Numbered from the stretch's first letter, positions 1 through 15,017 are shown. The stretch is 64,000 nt of DNA from Octopus vulgaris (GCA_951406725.2 OX597829.1:53444001-53508000); one strand, 5' to 3'. Made by a program: numbers and translations. Notes: generated by a model from the letters alone, not told the origin.

Positions 1-382
1 ACTGACCTCACTAGTGTTGGTCATAAAACAAAATGCAACCAGGAAAGTGATTGGCATTAGGAATGGCATCCTATTGTAGAAGAAACCGTACCAGAGCAGC
101 AACAGAGCTTGGCACAATCCTCTGGCTTGCTAACACTTGTCAAACTTCCACCCATGCCAGCAGAGAAAACAGATGCTAAATGAGGATTATATACACATAC
201 ACACACACATATATACATAGGCAAATGTATGTATATGCATGTATGTATACACACAGATGAATATCAGAAAAAGTATAAAACAAAGAATATCATTGATTTT
301 TCAAAATTTTTGTTTCTTCTGTTGGTGTTTCAATAGCAAAGATACACATTCACCACATAAATTATTGATAATAATAATAATA

Positions 383-413
<31 letters not shown>

Positions 414-535
414 TGATCATAACTACACCAAAAAATGCATAATGAAGCTAATTGCAATGGAATGACAGTTTTTTTTTTGTCAGAAATTTTTTCAAAATAT
501 GGAATCTCTATCATAGTCAACAGTATCTATATTGT

Positions 536-735
536 AAGGTAGCAAGCTGGCAGAATTGTTAATGTGTTGGGCAAAATGCTTAGTGACATTTCATTCTGAG
601 TTCAAATTCTGCTGGGGTCTACTTAGCCTTTCAACTTTTCAGGGTTGATAAAATAAGTGCCAGTTGTGTAATAGGGTCAACGTAATCACCTATTCCCTTC
701 CCCTGAAATTGATGGCCAGGTGTCAAAATTTAAAA
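536..735 (+). mobile_element. SINE, family C head/body with alternative tail
   Basis: AGCTGGCAGAATTGTTA...CTGAGTTCAAATTCTGCTG...tail CCTGAAATTG..GGCC..GTGTCAAAATTT, shared with 3680-3892. Confidence 0.7.
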
Positions 736-1369
736 TAAATAAATAAATCACACACAAATATAAATGCAAAAATCAGACACAAATTTCACATAAACGGATG
801 ACGTCTGCTTATCTGCTGAACTATATATACACATACACATCTCTCTTTCTCTGAATTGCAGCATGGATGACATTAAATTAAGGCATTCAGAAACACACAA
901 AAACTTGTTCACTGACAAAAAAAATCTTGTCAGTGAACAGCGAACAGGTTTCAAGTGATGAAAATTTTGACACCACATTGCAATGGCTACGTCTTCCATG
1001 CTGCAGATGCTTTGGTTTCAACACATGATTTCAGATCAAAACACTTGCTATGCAAATATATCTCCAAAATATCTATCTACAAAAACACACATATATGAGC
1101 AGGCATGAATGTGTGGTTAACAAGTTCACTTTTGGAATCCTGAAGTTACAGGTTCACTATCACTTGAGCAAAACACTTCATCTGAAGTTGATCTTTGATT
1201 ATTTAAACATCCGACACCTTGGACACTCTGCACCTGTACAGGTAATATCTATTTAATGAAGGGAGTGAGCTAATGTACAGTAAAAAACATCTGATCATTA
1301 GAAAAAAATTTTCTGTGCAGCTTTTTCATCAAGAAACTGCAGAATTCCTTCAAATATCCAAATGGCTCC

Positions 1370-1640
1370 CTGGAAGTAGTCATAAGCTTTTTTTTCCATC
1401 TCGGTAACATTATTAGCAATTGCAGTAGGTATTCTCAAAGTGTGGTAGCTAGAGGGTTGGATAAAGTTCAAGGATCTCTTAACTCTACTGGCAAGAAAGG
1501 ATTGCTCTATCAAAGTGAAGTGCACACTATACAATGCTTGTGTGTTAAGTGCATTGCTGCATGAAAGACAAATGAAGAATAGAAAGAAATGAGATGAACG
1601 TGATTTGCTGGATATGCCATGTGTAGAAGTGTTTGACAAA
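1370..1640 (+). pseudogene. RTE-type LINE remnant
   Basis: GWIKFKDLLTLLARKDCSIKVKCTLYNACVLSALLH, same region as 27830-28260. Confidence 0.65.
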
Positions 1641-3480
1641 AGTTGCAGAAAATATGTTCTTTATGGAGAGCGGTGGATTTAGCTGTACCCCCAGGAAAAC
1701 CAAAATGGATAAAATATGTCAGAAATAGTTCTATGAATATGTGTACTTCTTGAGTTCTAAGCTGATATCTTGCTGGCATTAACTTTGCTTTTTAGTTTGA
1801 GTTTTGTCATGTATCCTGAATATTATTTCACACAAGCATCATTCACATACAACTCAGACTCCTCTTGCCTGAAAAAAGACTTTTCAACCACAACCAAATG
1901 CTCTTACAAACTTCAGTATCTACAGCTATTATATACATAAAAATTCTACTGATATATAGGTAAAAACAAAAACATTTGATGAAAATCGTTTACATCAAAT
2001 TTGGATTGACCAAATATATAAGATTTATGACAAACCAATGAGAAAGTTCGTACGTGCCACCCAACTCACTAGAAATAGCAAACAACTCTTTCTAATCATT
2101 CCCTGTAAAACTAAAATAATGTATACCCAAGGATACATTGAATAATATAGTCCTAGTTATACTATGTCTAAATCAAGGCAAGATGGTCACAGCAGGAACT
2201 CTTTTTTTCTTTGTATGCTGCTTAAATAATTATTATGATATTAATAAGAAAGTGACTGTAGACATAGGAAGTCAAGAAATAATACGATAACAAGGAATAT
2301 GTTATATCACCACTGGAGGCAAATAAGTGAAACAATGCAATACTAGAATATTAAATAAAAATACTCTCTAAAATGAATTGCTTCAATATGAATCGAATGT
2401 ACCAATATTCTGATAATTACTCCAAATTCATCTTCTTTCTCCTATGCCTGCACAAAACCAAGAATAAATCAGAGAAATGTGATTTAAAAAAGGTTATCCG
2501 TATATCATTTTTTATTTTAAGAAACTAAAAACCAAAAAGCAAGTACAAAAAATAGATAAAATAAAATAAAAAACAAGTTTGTGAAAACTTGTTAATTGAT
2601 ATACAACAATTGCAGTGGAACTGTGCCAGTGACAAGGTAACAGATGAACTTTGGCACCTTTAGAAATATACAAAATATAGCAATTTTTGTATTCTTGAAA
2701 AGGCTAAAACATCTACAATTTAATTGTTATAGTTTCAACACATGAACTCAGATCAAGAAGATACTTACTAAACAAATACAAATAAAAGTTTTTAAGATTT
2801 ATACTAAAAGTGTGGATTTTGAAGGTACTTTTCTTTAAAGTATATTTAAATAAATCTTTTTTGGAACAGTTGATTCTAAGTAAGTAAGGCTATAAATAAT
2901 AGTTTAAAATTTTGTCACAAAGCCATGTAAATATTGAGTTGAAAAGGCCCTTCTGGGCTTGAAGAAGCCATTATTGATAGCTTTACATACTTTGAGAACC
3001 ACTGTTCCTAAAAAGAACTATTCCATGTTCCCTCCAAAGATTATAAAATTATTCAATTTGAATAATTTATAAATATTGCCTAAAGTACACCCTATTTGGT
3101 ACAACACATATTTCACTTTCCACAATTCTTAAGTTTTTCAAAATTTAAAACTATTGTATTTAATTACAATTTATGATTTAATTAAAAGAATTTGCTGTAT
3201 TATATTACAACACAACAAAACCTTTTGTAGATTACTGGTCACAAGGGATTGAGATCAGAGGCTTATACAGATACACAAACACAATTTACCACAGAAACTA
3301 CACAGATATTCGCCAGAGCTATCATCCTTCAAGATATAAAATTATACACGGAAGTCAGACATATATGTGTATGAGTGTTTGTATGTGTGCCTATGTATGT
3401 GTGTGTATCACCAAACCATGTGTAACAACAAAAGAATTAGACCTCAATATCGTTGGAAATAGAGGAATAAATGTATCACA

Positions 3481-3658
3481 TGACACAGGTATGGAGTACT
3501 TCCATTCAGGATTCTGAGTTACTGTAACAGGAACTCAATAATTGCTGCATTTCTACAGCTTTTGCAAGCATGGCTATATTTACTGCATGCAACAACTATT
3601 GAGTCGCTGCATAATAATAACTCAGAGTCCTGAATCTAAGTGCTCCATAGGTGTGTCA
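3481..3658. repeat. Imperfect fold-back element
   Basis: TGACACAGGTATGGAGTACTT..ATTCAGGATTCTGAGTTA versus TAACTCAGAGTCCTGAAT..AAGTGCTCCATAGGTGTGTCA. Confidence 0.8.
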
Positions 3659-3679
3659 CTTACTATATAAATATGTATG

Positions 3680-3892
3680 CGGCTGTGAGCTGGCAGAATT
3701 GTTAGCATAGCAGACAAAATGCTTGATAACATTTCATCTGTCTCTATGCTCTGAGTTCAAATTCTGCTGAGGTCAATTTTGCCTTTCATCCTTTTGGGGT
3801 TGATAGAATAAGTACCAGTTGAGCACTAGGGGCAATGTAAATGACTTGGCCCCTTCTCTGAAATTGCTGGCCTTGTGCCAAAATTTGAAATC
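3680..3892 (+). mobile_element. SINE, family C head/body with alternative tail
   Basis: Same organisation as 536-735. Confidence 0.75.
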
Positions 3893-6800
3893 AATATATA
3901 AATATATATGTATGCATGTGTGTGTGTATATATATATATATATATACATACACACACAAAGTCCTTTACAAGTGATCATTCATTGTAAGATATATTGAAC
4001 CAATATTATTATGTAAATTGTGATTTGTTAAAATTTACACAAAAAAATTCAATATATCAATATATAAGCCTTGGCACAAATCACTGGAAAAATCAAATTA
4101 GGAATATCGGTTGCCTGGTACCCTCAAATGGTCAGAGGGAACTGTTTTATATCATATAATGGAGAAGAATGAAAGGGTGAGCTGCTTTAAGCATCAACTT
4201 GCTGAAGTTTATATCATTTCACATGTAGAATGTCTCAAGCATATTTGATATAGTTCAAATATAGCAGATAGAAAAACAAACTAGTAATACTAAACTACTA
4301 GTCAAAGCAAATAAGTGTCCAAAAAAATCCTCTGAAGTTGGTAATTTAGATTTTGTTGAAATACTGAGAAAAGAACATATAATGATGAAATTTTTCTTTT
4401 AAGATGACAGCTTTCTTAATTTAAAAATTTGACTCGGCCATCATTGACAATGATATAGTTTTGAAAACTATCCATGTTATAACTTTTCTGAACAGATATT
4501 GATGGACTTGAAAAAGTAGTATTTTTATGACCTACTAAATCATTGGTTATCACATTGATAAACTAAGTGCAAGATGTTTACATGCCATGAGAACTTTAAA
4601 TAATCCGAATATGATAAGATTCTTCACTATTTAAATACTATTATTCAAACAGTTAATTACTTAGCAATTTCTGTTCAGAAATGATGAAGACTTAGAAAAA
4701 TTTAAATCTTGGTAGAAATAGTTCTAAATAACTGCCAAGTATTTTTCACAAGATTACTGATGCTCTCTTTAATAGACCATCAATAACTTACACATTTTTC
4801 TATATTTAGCAACAGAGTATGCTTATCTTCCCATATTAGTTTTTTTTCTCTTTCCAACTTTCTTCATCCACATAGTTGAATAGTTAGATTCTCTATGACT
4901 ACTCAACTTTATTGATTTTTCATATTAATTTTGTAATATCTGCTTCTAATTAACAGTTTCTATCTATAACTGATAACATTAAGGAAAAAATTAATGAGAC
5001 AGAAAGTACATCCAACTCAATACTGTAAATGCAATTTCATTTCGTCAGTGAAAATGATTAAATATTTGAACATATTTGTATATGATAAAAGAAAAAAGAA
5101 AAAAAAAAAATGAAAAATTGCAACTGGCATTCATATAAATATATATGTATTTTTTTTTCATTTGTTGCTAATGAGTTGCTTCTGCTGCCCTGTTTGAGAA
5201 TACCTGTAACATGGAGGTAGCCCACTGAACATTTGATAGGAGAGTGACTCAAAAGTACATGCACCATTCTGTACATTTTGTCATGCAGTATTTCTTTGTG
5301 TGGTTTTTTTTTTTTTTGTGTGTGGCATTCAGTGGCTGTCCCAGTCTACTTATACAGCTTGTATGAATTCATTTTAGAATAATTAACTAAACAAATTGAG
5401 ATAATCTTGCCCTAGCTGTCTAAAGTTCAAAATATTCTGCTACTAGTTAAAATTAACAAATTATAAACCAATATTTCTATTACCAGCACAGTTCTTGAAT
5501 AAATTTTAAAATGATTGCTTAAGCTATATTCCACAATTATCACATACTAAAAGTAACACCATTTCGAAATACAATACCCTCATTTGAGTCAGGAACTGGT
5601 TAGAAGTCCCTTGAAACATTTGCTATTAGTTGTGCTACTGTGATGTGGACACAGCAGCCACACCTTCAAGCTCTAAATATTATTTTAGAAAGTTATGTAT
5701 ACTAAGGCAAGAAAAAAAAAAGCCCCAAGCAATTGTAAGGAAGTTTCTACCTGTTCACCCAAACCTTACAACTAGAATTTGGTAGCATAATCTTTAGCCA
5801 CTTCAATCTTTCTGAAACTATCTTAATGCAATATCATTCACTAAAAATTCTATTTGGTAACCTATATCCTTTCTATAATGGAAATCTCCAAGATGTCTCA
5901 TTTGGTCTAAGGATTATAAATAGTCTTTTCTATCAGCTGTCCAAATAGCATCTCCAGCCCGAAGCAAATTGGTCAAAAATTCTTTCCTTTATCAGGGCTA
6001 AATAATTTTACAGCTTTGAACACTTTTCAGGACCGAATTATTTATGTCCATTACAGTGTCTATTATTCATTTCTATCATTACAAATGAATGTTTTGGACA
6101 GCATCTTTCTCCTTCTCCCAACACCATACCCCAGTCTATTTTGTGCCAATATGTAACTTACAAAAGATTAAAATATTCATTGCATCAAGTTACTCTAATC
6201 CTTCTTTGTATTTCTCCTTGAGTCTTTGTATTCCTGAGGGGGCATCAAGCAGCCCCCATCTCTCTAAATTAATGCACAAACTGTTAAACCACCAACAAGG
6301 ATTCCATTCAGTAGCTTTAAAAATGAGGTAAAGATCAATGAAGCAATGATCAATTTACATAAAAGTTCATGAGACATTTTTCTCGATGTCAGGTTTAGAA
6401 AGAAAAAACAAAAAAAACCTGGCATTTCATTTTCAATATGTCTGCTGGCAGTTTACAAAATGTTGCTGAAATACTTTAAAACGTTTTATGAATCAGGTTC
6501 AATTGTCAAACATCCTAAGACATTTGAGAAGGTGAGAGGGTTTTTCTTTTGTCATGGTCAGATTGAAAACAACATCTGCCATTATTTGAATTTTCTTTCT
6601 GATGAGTCAAGAATCCAAATTTTAATAAGAAATTATTTTTCTTGACTTTCTTTTCAATTTTTGTACATAAAATGATTTAAGGTCCAATTTCACAGTTTAA
6701 CTCTTGTGTATCTCAAGAGTTATTTCTGTGTTTTCTTCAATTGTCTAAGCATCCATTATTTTTTTTGCTTCAATGAAATAGTATTAAGTATTATTCTTAT

Positions 6801-7939
6801 AAATACAAGAAAGAAATATATTTTTGTAATGAGTTTTGTATTTTTTTTATACATGCTCATTTGGTTACAAAACATAATACTGTATTGGCATAATTGAATT
6901 GATTGCAACTAAATCTTGAATATAGTTTAATTGAATTTACAAACTATTTTTATGATAATAATATTTTACTAAAAGGGAAAAGTAGCTATAATGGCAAGAC
7001 ACTTAATTAGTTATTCTATAAAAAAGTACCTCTTATTTGGAATGGTGTTGATTCTTATAAGTAGTTGCTTTTTTTAAGTAAATTTATTTTTAACTTCAAA
7101 GCATGTTATTGTTTCTAGATGTTAGAGTATAATAGTGAAAACTGCTAAATTTGAGGGTATTTGTGATAGAAGTTAGTTATATAAGTAATAATGGTTCTTA
7201 AAATGATATATTAAGAACCATTACTTGTGAAGATATGAAATGAAAGTAAAATATATTTCAATATACATCAGTGGCTGTTTTCACAATATGATTTACTGAG
7301 TTAAATGTATTCTTTAAATGTTTCATAATATATTGATGGTAATTAGAATTATCAGAATATTTAAAATAGCAAATTAGTAAAATTATTACTCTATCTGATT
7401 TCTCATTTGAAATGAAAGTTTTAGGACTATCTTTGGTTTATTTCATTGAGATAAAGGTGGAATTAGTTTGATTCAGTAACAATTTAAGAGATGAGACATC
7501 TGATTAAGTTGGTAAGTCAAATTCTATTATAAAGAGAAAATAATCTTACAGCTTCAGAATATTTCACTCAGTGGAACAAAAACCTAAAACTGATACAAAA
7601 ATGTTCAGTTCTACATTGATACATAATAATGTAAAATAACTAATTGCATGATAATTAGCTTATATTTCCCAGGTTGATTGAAAATATGCTGTTCAATTAG
7701 ATACATACAAACTGGCATTTTTTAATTTTAAAATTGTTACTTTATAATTCTTACAATATAATTAAGTTTTGTAATTTAATTGCATCAATCTTGAAAATGC
7801 TTTTAAATAAGCTGTTGAAGAAACAAATTCTTTTTTAATTAGTATATTAAGAATACATTTTGTTGATCATTTATAATTTTCTTTTCAACTTTTCAAAACA
7901 ATGTATAAAAAATTTAAAGAATGTTATTCTGTTACTTAC

Positions 7940-8077
7940 ATTAGTAACCATGGTTAAGCCAACTGTAAATGCCAAAAGACAAACAAATCCGATTAAGATT
8001 TCTCGGCGATAGCCACGTCTTAAGTGTTGGGGCCAACGATCAACTACAGTCGTAATAAAACCTTCGACACCAACAAA
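7940..8077 (-). CDS. SLC6A6-like: SLC6 exon 9 (end of TM8, TM9), 138 nt
   Basis: [46 protein letters not shown]; TTCCAG| and |GTAAGT. Confidence 0.95.
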
Positions 8078-11000
8078 CTGGAATGAAATAATGGTACACG
8101 TTTTTTAATGACCAATTTAAACACACAAAAGGAAAGAAACGATTAGTTTCACTTCATATAATAACATGGTTAAAACATTGGTAAAAGAATTCAATATGAT
8201 TAATATAAATGTTAAGTCGATATCTAAGTAAAACAACTTTGAAACAAATACATAGAAACAATAAACAACAAAGTGAACAACAAACTCTACCTCCTTACAA
8301 CTCACTTTGGTCTCTCCCTAGTCCTCAAGTGATTAGCTGTCAATTAAATGAATAAAAATGCATAGAGGAAAGAACTTCATTATTTTAGATAAGAATTAAA
8401 TATTTTTATATTCCTTAAAACAAATAAATAATCCAGATATCATACAAATTAGTCATCCACCAACCATAGCCAAAAGACCTCCCAGAGGCTGTAGCTAATG
8501 GTATTGGATGAAAATGAAAAATTTATTATTTGCATTTCTGAATAAATTTTGAGCATGTACATGATCATAAACATGAACAATATGTTAATGTGGATATGTG
8601 TGTATGTGTGTGTTATATATATATATGTATACACATAGCATTCTGCATATCTTACTTTAACATGAATATACTGTAGAAAACCACACAACTTCAGTTTTTA
8701 TCCCAGGAAAGCCTCTCATATAGACATATTGTACTGAAAAGCACTGAAGTATATTGATAGCACTGGCAGAAGAATTGCTAAACCTAGATTTCTGCATATT
8801 TGCACATCATCAGCAGCAAGCATCCATCCATTAGAAACAGAAGTATTTAGACAAATTTACTCTTTACTGATATATAAAAACTATGATTAACATGTTTCAA
8901 TTAACTGGTAGGTTGGGTAAAAATTCATTATTAACGACAAAAGCAGAATTGGTTCAAAATAGCAATCTATATATCTTACTTAACATGGATATATTGTAGA
9001 AAGCCACAGAATTTGGAAAACAGCTTTGGAATGATACAGTTGAGATGAAAGTGGTTGTGAAAAGTGGCTAAAACAGAATAAACCTTCAATGTTTTCAAAG
9101 AGATATATTATATACATATGCATATATATGTCAATCTTCACCACTATCATTATCATCAGCACCAACTCAACCAATACAACCATTGCTATTTTTAACCCAC
9201 CAACTCTTTAATGACCAACAACAACAACAGTATGAACAAGAGTAGCAACTCCATCTAGAATAATAATAATAAAAATCCCATGAGATAATGTGGTACCCTA
9301 GTATATTCTAAAAGATGAAATGTCTTTGAATTTAGGTCGAAAATGGTTAAGGTTTCTTAAGACTAAAAAACAACAATACAATTAATAAGAATAATATGAC
9401 AACCATCATCACTAATGCCAAAACCCATAAGACGAATGGTACCAACCCACCAACTTTTGAATAACTAACTAGTAACAACAATAATTGTATCAAAATCATA
9501 ACAATGTCTGTAGTTACATATGTTATATGTCAAAACAACAGTGTCATGTAAGTGTTTCTTTTCAAATACTTTTGTATGTATATGTACTGTACTGTGTAGA
9601 TTTAGAAATTATTTTCATGCACTTCATTTTTTGGGGGTCTTGTAAAAAATATCCACAGGAAACATTTTACTGTAACATGAAAATCTGGGAAAAATTAATT
9701 TTGCATTATAGCTATATTGTATGTGTGATCCTGTACATACACAGACACACACACATACATATATATAATTGTTTTCTGTCCATGCTAGCATAGGTTGGAC
9801 AACGTATGTATCATAGATGTGTGCATGTGTTTTTAGTCTGAGAAAATTCATAAATTCTAGTATATTTGTGTATGATATATATATATATATATATATTACA
9901 CATAACACACTTTAGAAACATAATACTTAGCTTTTAGAAAATATAAGTTACCCAGGTGTTTTGATCAATTACCTCTCTTCAGTGTACACTCCTTACCCGT
10001 AAAACTTTGAACAAAGCCTTTGTTTGTGCTACTTGTGCAATTTGATAAGTTTTATTTGACTGTATCTCAGTGAGAATTTTGTACAATTCAATGTGATATG
10101 CATGCAGTTCATTACCGAACTATTCAATATTATTTTTACCATGATATATAGGCTTCATGTGTGTGTGTGTGTGTGTATAAATATATATATGTACATACAC
10201 ACACACACATTTGTATTGAAACACAAAAAATACATGTAGATACATAAGCATACAAAGGAAAAAATTAAACAAAAATAGATTTTTAAAGAATCCCTTGTTT
10301 TAAAATGTCTTAATACAAATATACACAAAAACAAAAGGTCCTCATCTGCATTTGTTTATATGAGTAATTGATTAATAAAGTCTAGAAAACTGTTGTCTCA
10401 CCTGGCTGTCTAATCCAAGCAAAATGATCATTACAAAGAACACTATAGACCATAATGGAGCGACTGGCATTTGTGAAACAGCTTCTGGGTAAGCAATAAA
10501 TGCAAGACCCGGACCTTAAAAAGAAAGAGGATAAATTATTCAATATAAAATATTTACCTTGATATTTTCATGCTGGCATAGAAAAAAAAGTTATGTAAAA
10601 ATGTTGAAAAATAATAAAATGAAAATGATCTTGAGGAAAAGTATGTTTTAATTTTCAAATACAATAATTAATCTTAAGATTTTGAAGAACTCGTCTTACC
10701 TGATTCAGCTACTTCATCAATTGTTAAACCTTGTCTCTTAGCCATAAAACCAAGCACAGAGAAAATGACAAATCCAGCAAGAAAACTGGTAAAAGTGTTA
10801 GCTATAGCAAACAGTATACTGTCCCTGAATGAAAGAAAATATTTGCATTAGTAACAATACTACTTTCATCATCAGCAGTTAAAAGAAATGAAAAAAAAAA
10901 AAAATCCAACAACTAGAATTTGTTCAAAAGAGAAAGAAATCTATAAACATATTTTATGAGAAACTACACATAGGAACCGAGTTCTTAAATATTAGAAGAC

Positions 11001-12285
11001 ATCTAAATGAAAAGATTGATCGTAATAGAACACTAATTTCCACATCAATAACTGAGTAGCAGGAGGGTGTTTTTCTACAAGGACATTCTGTTTTTCCTAA
11101 TATATATACAGATGATCTATAATTTCCAAGAAATGCTGGTTGATTGAACAGTACTTCTAATGATCATCGATTTAAGGAACAAAGGAAAGTTGCTATAATG
11201 CATCAGTGTGAATGGAAGATTTCAATTTGATGTGGGGTGGGGGACCAACTTGGCTTTAACAGTAAACATTAAAATCAAGATAAATATCGCTGCTTCAAAA
11301 AGTATGATTCCATATGAGGATAGATTTCAGATACAAAAACAATGTAGAAATTTATGTAACTTTTTTAATTTAGCTACATTGCAAGGTTAGAGGATCTCTG
11401 CTAGAGGATCTACACTAAATCTATTGAAATAGTTCAAATAGAGATGGGAAAGAAAAAAAGCTTTTGGAAACCGATGATCAAAGACTGCCAAGAAATAATG
11501 TTTGACTGAGCAATAATACTTCCACTGATCAATGACTCAAGAACAAAGAAATAATACACAGTAATCCCTAACTATATCATGGTTCACCTATCACACACTC
11601 AGTACATCGTGGATTTTTCTGGCTAATATATGTAAATTTATATCACAGAAACCTCAATATATCTGGGTTTCTGTGGCTGATCATCATCATTGTTGTTTAG
11701 CACCCGTTTTGATAATGTGCCTCAAACATAAGAGGATATAGTTTCTTTTTTCACTTTAATTTAGTAACAGATGCAATTAAATTAGAATTTTAATACTTAC
11801 TTATATGAATTATGATGAAATTTGTTATAACTTCCAAGAGCAGTCAATGTACCCAAACTTATAGAATAAGAGAAAAAAATTTGAGTACCAGCATCGACCC
11901 ACACCTGAAATAGAAACAAATGTTCTATGTAGATTATATTCTTTATTTTTGTTACAGAACACAAAATTAAAAATCCATAACAACTGTTATAAGTGAATGG
12001 TTGGTTGCCAGTTAAAATAGTTAATTTACCTGTCTATTTAAAAGTTTGCTCCAATCAGGAATTAAATAATACTTTAAACCATCAACAGCACCATCCAATG
12101 TAACCCCACGTATTAAAAGGACAAGCATTAGAATGTAGGGACTAGTTGCAGTAAAATACATAACCTGAAAGAGAAGAAATATAAATAATAGATTATATTA
12201 TCAATAAAAGTTACATGAATAATAATATAACTCATTAGATTCAAGTGTAGTATGTCTAATCATTTATAATTATTTCCAATGTGTG

Positions 12286-12329
<44 letters not shown>

Positions 12330-14981
12330 TTTATTTTAATTGACTGATAACAATAAAAAGCAAAACACAATCAGTGTAGGCATTTTTATTGGTAAAATAA
12401 CACTTTCAAAGCACAACACACATATCAAAATTTTAAAAAGTATGTGTATATAGGGTACAGTGAATAAATAAATTGTCGTCTAAATTACATAAAAAATGTA
12501 AACAACATTTACTGTCTTTATATTCATATTTCTACTTTCTGCCTTCATTTTTCATTTATTTTTACTATACACTCTTCCCACTTTCTTTCAAGTTGCCTTC
12601 TTATTTTTAAATTCTGTCCGTTTTACTCACATGATTTGTAAGAGTGAGCCACACCAAATCAACTGAATACAAATAGCTACATTAACAGATACTTCATAAG
12701 CTACATCACATTCCCATCATAAGCATAATGTATCCACAACATTACAGAACTCAAAGCCAAAAGCAATTATATTAGTTATAAGCTACAAATGAGGATAAAA
12801 ATATTTTTGTATATGTGAATGAAATTATTTTAAAAGTAGAAAAAAAAAGAAAAAAGAAAAAATTAAACTTACTTTGCCAGAACTTTTTATTCCTTTCCAT
12901 ATACAAAAATAAACCACAATCCATGCAAGCAATAGACACAAAGCCAGGTCCCATTTAATAGTTCCAGGATGTTCCACACCATCGGATATGTTCAGTACTT
13001 TGCGCCTAAAACAAGATCAATTATGAAAAGCAAATGGACAAATAATCTTTTTTTTAAATTATTACTCAATCTCTCTTTTCATCATTAGTAATGAATATGT
13101 TTTACCAAATACCATCCTACACAGTTACATATAATAAATTTTATTTCTTTATTTCCTTCTAATAAAATAATTAAACAAAATTCAATATTTTGTCCGAAAT
13201 AAATAAACATAAGGACTTACTCCCAAAATTCTGTAATAGGATCCATTATTATAGGTCTCGTGAAATTTCTACTTAGTTGAGAAATGGGTTGTTCAATGTA
13301 ATTAGTCGTTTCATTAAACTGCATCAAATTCATGTCATCTATCCCATATGAACTGTTCAATGCATTTAAACTTGCGTTGCGGTAAAAGTCAATCTCAGTA
13401 CAATTTTCTGAATTCCACTCATGGCCGCAGGAAGACCAAGGAAGGACAGATGTAAATGATGAGAACAGATAATAAAAGGACCATGTCAAAATGATGTTAT
13501 AGTTACAGTCGAGGAAGAACACAATCATAGAGCAAGCGTAGCCGATTCCTGAAAATAAGATAATAAGAATTAATTTTGAGTTAATGAAATGATGGTCAAA
13601 AGCATAAACATGGAAAATACAAGAGAATTTATTTTGACATTTAAGAGGAAATGAAGCAAAACACACAAACAGACAATATATATATATATATATATAATGA
13701 TGATGATGATATATACCTTGAAATAATGGACAAATTTTCCAAGCTCCAACACCACCTTCAGACATAAATTGTCCTAGAGATACTTCCAGGAAAAAAACTG
13801 GAACACCACCCAGTATCACAGCCAACAAGTAGGGGATAAGAAAAGCACCTACAACAAATATTAAATTATGGTCAAAACATATTTAAAAGTGATTTCCTCT
13901 CACATAAAAAAATAAATTTCAGGCATCGAGGTACTTTTGGTGTTCAATAAATCTTAACATTACAAACTTTTCGACAATGACAATGCTGAACATCATCAAC
14001 TACATTATGTACCAGTGTCATCTTCCATTAACTCCAGATAAGATAGAGTTACTTGTGAGAAACTAATAAATATTTACAGCCTATTTGAATAAGGGTTATA
14101 TTTTAAGGAATCTATACTTTCTGATGTTTGTGTTACAATTTCTGTTTGGAATAACAGTCTATTCTATTGACCAACTCAATAGAGTGTTTATACAAAGTTT
14201 TTAGTATCTTATTTGTTAATTCTGTATTAATTGTCATTATAGGAACATCCACTCATTACAGAAGTGATGGGTTTCTCAAAATCTAACATGAAATTTATTT
14301 TCCAGTTGATTTCCATCAAACAAAGAAGTCCATAGAAAGTTTCACATGGCAGAATTTCATGTTACAACATCTTTAGGAGTACATCTCTTCCATAGAATGA
14401 GAGATTCCTGTATTTTTAAGCCACACATATGTAGATTTCTGGATGGCATCACCTAATTTCTATTAGATATAAACAACAGATTTCTGATTTTTAAAAATAA
14501 TACATTCGTACAGTAATTAAAAAAGATTTAAGATATTATAATATGCCCTTCATGTTTTTAAGTTTAAAAATACAAGAGAGCAGTGAGATAATGTAAATTG
14601 AAAAAAAATATTGCAATAATGACAATTTTTTTTTACTACTATGTGAATAATTTGAAAACATTATTACATGTTTTGTGTGCAATTAACAGATAAATTGTGT
14701 GGATTAACAGATAACTTGATTGGATAAATAGAGCAGAGAGAGTTATAACTGTCCATTAAATAAACGGAGCCTTGCTTAACCCTTTCATTACCAACTTGGC
14801 TGAAACCGGTTCTGGCTCTGAGTACAAATGTCTTGTTTTCCTAAGTTTTGAATTAAAATCTTCCACCAAAACTTGGTCACAATTTATGTTCCTAACACTA
14901 GCTTAATGATAACTAAGTTATTTCTATTTAGTCGACTAAATAAATGGAGTAGTGTAGTATTTCTTCAGTTTTTCGAGGGAG

Positions 14982-15017
<36 letters not shown>

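Noticed and set aside
13217-13828. 203-aa ORF as a single exon
   Set aside because: It contains a 168-nt GT-AG intron at a position where SLC6 homology is interrupted.
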